Origin: Antechinus flavipes
Taxonomy: Eukaryota
Length of the DNA stretch: 64,000 nt
Reading direction: 5' to 3'
Assembly: GCF_016432865.1 (NCBI RefSeq)
Contig: NC_067400.1
Coordinates: 262,136,001 to 262,200,000, forward strand
Shown: one piece after another, positions 61,050 to 64,000 of the stretch
Layout: every line of letters starts with the position of its first letter
Numbering within the stretch: the stretch's first letter is position 1
The notes under the pieces: generated by a model
What the model saw: only the letters and a program-made list of their open reading frames with translations
Told to the model about the DNA's origin: nothing
The model's database searches: none
Translations under genes and position numbers: made by a program

Positions 61050-64000
61050 CTTTATTTTTAAATTTTTTATCAATATAGTTACCTTAATATCCTACCTTTT
61101 TTCCTTCCCAGAAAGTCATCCCAATTAACAAATAATCGTTTTAAAGACAAAAAAAAAAAAAAAAAAGAGAGAAGCAGAGACAGAGATCAGCACAACTAAT
61201 CAATAACTTGAAAAAATCCAAAAATGTACATGTGTAATACCTATGAACTTCTTTTATACATGAAAGGGGTGTGCTAGAGGGTCTCTTTCTTATATCTTCA
61301 TTTGAGTTATGCTTGATCTTTATACTTTTGTTACATTCACTTTTAATTTTTGTATGTTATCATTCTTTCGATTTATATTGCTATAGTTATTGTGTATAAA
61401 ATTAAGCAAATACTATAGATACATAATAATAATTCAATATATTATAGATCATATATTGTATACAAGAAAACCACACTCACATAATTTTCTTTACTCTGCT
61501 TACTGCTTCCTTTGAATCAGTTTGTATAGATCTTTCCATGCATTTCTGTTCATCATATATATTACTTCTTATGGCATAGTAATATTCCATTTTATTCATG
61601 TACTGCAATTTGTTTAGCCACAATTTAATTGATGTGTATTATTTTCAATTCTTTGCTATCACAAAAAGTGCTTCTATAAATATTTAGGTGTATATGGGGA
61701 TTTTTTTTTACTGATAGTTTCCCTGGGCAATAAGCTCAATAATAAGAAACTTTGATTCAAAGGGTATGGGCATTTTAGCCATTTTATTTACATGATTCAA
61801 ATTACTTTCCAAAATGACTGTACCATTTCATAACTCATAAAATAATTTTAATGTGCCCATCATTGCACAACCCCTCCAGTACTGACTATTGTGATTTTTT
61901 TTTGCCATCTTTGCCAATTTTCAGGATATGATGTAAAATCTTAGTATTGCTTTGATTTGATTGATTTCTCTTATATTCATGATTTTGATCATTCTTTCAT
62001 GTGGTTGTTAATACTTTGCAATTCTTCTTTCGAGAAGTTCTTCATATCATTTGAAAAATTATCTATTGAGAGATGGCTATTATATATAGATATACATGTA
62101 TATATGCAACCATATTATATATATGTATGTATTTATATCTTGAATACCACATCCTTATCAGAGAAATTGGATACAAAAAAAATTTTTTTGCCATTCAACC
62201 ATTTTTATTCTTTTTTTTTTTAATTTCCTGAGGCAATTGGGGTCAAGTGACTTGCCCAGGATCACATAGCTAGGAAATGTTAAGTGTCTGAGTTCAGATT
62301 TGAACTCATATCCTCCTGACTTCAGGACTGGTGCTTTATTCTTAAACTAGCCACATTAATTTTGTCTGTTCAAAACTTTTAGTTTTGTGTTTATCTTTTC
62401 TAATTACCTTTATATAGGTGGTTAAGAATAAATCTCCTTTTCATAGCTGTGAGAAGTATATGAATTGCTTCTACATTAATATTTCATAGTATAATCCATA
62501 ATATTAGGATAATAAATCTATTTAAAACATATTGTAAAATATGGTGTATAGTGTTGGTCTAAGTTTAGTTTTTTCCAGACTTCTTTCTAGCTCTCCCAGC
62601 AGTTTAAAAAAAATTAAATTGGAAGGTTTTTTCCTAGTTAATTTATGTTTTTCACTTTATCAGAGACGAGGTTATTGCGTTCTAGTATTTCTGATTCTCC
62701 CTTGCCTAGTCTGTTTCATTCTCTTTATTTTTAACCAATACCATTTTTTTTATGGTGGTTATATTACAGATTGAGGTTTACAAGTGTTTATTCCTTCCTC
62801 ATCTCTTCTTCTTTTCATCACTGCCCTTGATATTCTAGATGTTTTGCTTTTCCAAATAAGATTTGTTATTATTTTATCAAGGTCAATAAAGTGTTTATTT
62901 GCTAATTTGATTGATATAGCATTAAAAGTATAAATTTTACTTTGATAATATTGCATCTTTATTATTTTAGCATGGTCAATAAAATAAAGTAATAATAATT
63001 TGCATGAATACAGAATATTCATTCAATTATTTAAGTTGTTCCTTGTTTCTTTAAGGAAATTTGTAATTTAGACTTGTAATACAAGTCTTTTGTGTGCTTT
63101 GGTAGATCGATTACAGATATTTTATATACCTGCAGTTACTTGGAATGGGATTTTCTTTTCTATAATAGCTTCTTGGATTTTGTTATTATTGTATAGAAAG
63201 GCTATTGATTTTTGAGGGTCTATTTTGTAGCCTGCAATTTTGCTGAAGCTATTAATTGTTTCAATTAGTATCTTTGCTGATTCCTTATGATTTTCCAAGT
63301 ATATCAGCATATCATCAATGAATAGAGAAAGTTTTATCTCATCTTTACCTATCTTTATGTCTTTCATTTCTTTGTCTTGTCTTACTGTAGTTGCTAGTAT
63401 TTTCAGAACTATACAAAATAGTAGAGAAAGTGGGATACCTATATCACTCCCATATTAATTGAAAAAGTTTCTAATGTATTCCAATCACATGTGATACTTG
63501 CTTTTGGTTTTAGGTAAATGTTTTTTTATTATATTAAAATAAAAATCTTTCTATGCTGATACTTCATAAGGTTTGGGGCATAAATCGGTGTTACACTTTG
63601 TCTGTACCTACTGAGATAATCTTGTGGTTTGGCATATTTTGAACTTTATTTTGATTAAGTATGTTAATTGTTTTCCTAATAGTGAACCATGCTTGCAACC
63701 CTAATATAAACACAATATAGTTATAATGAATTATTTTGTGGATAAATTGCTATTCTCTGATAGGATTTTGTTTAAATTTTTTTAGTTAATATACATTAAT
63801 GATATTGGGCTATAATTTTTCTTTTGCATTTTATCTTTCCCTGACTTAGATATTAGGAATATATTTGTCTCATAAAAGAATCCTGGTAGGATGATATTTT
63901 TCCTCAATTTTTGAGAATAATTTGGAAATAATATTTCTAATTGTTCATTAAAAATTTTAATAGAGTTTGTGTGGGAATCCATTAGGACCAGAAAATTTTT
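61050..64000 (-). mobile_element. Old L1 (3'UTR to ORF2 RT)
   Basis: ORF 63122-63367 KLSLFIDDMLIYLE (FADD motif); ORF 62759-63022 also ORF2-like. Confidence 0.9.
62208..62340 (-). mobile_element. WSINE1 nested in L1
   Basis: Poly-T, CCTGAGGCAATTGGGG..GATTTGAACTC. Confidence 0.9.

Overview
AT-rich, repeat-dominated marsupial genomic DNA, probably a dasyurid such as the Tasmanian devil. This is inferred from WSINE1/Mar1 SINEs, marsupial-type L1 ends and a Tigger1 deletion derivative. A 141-N assembly gap lies at 59386-59526. I found no recognisable intact protein-coding gene, RNA gene or CRISPR array, and the supplied ORFs are mostly repeat-derived or chance. The left half is rich in decayed ERVs: an ERV1 with 5' LTR and tRNA-Pro PBS, two more copies of the same non-autonomous family (one with an env-SU remnant), back-to-back LTR-bearing 3' ends, and a probable ERV-L pol remnant. 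The most unusual structure is a CpG-rich, TSD-flanked L1 insertion consisting only of the 5'UTR plus 16 ORF1 codons. It has no 3' end or poly(A), and carries an antisense open frame and splice donor reminiscent of primate ORF0. I see no convincing evidence for a wholly new biological system. All repeat names are from visual recognition and most boundaries are approximate.
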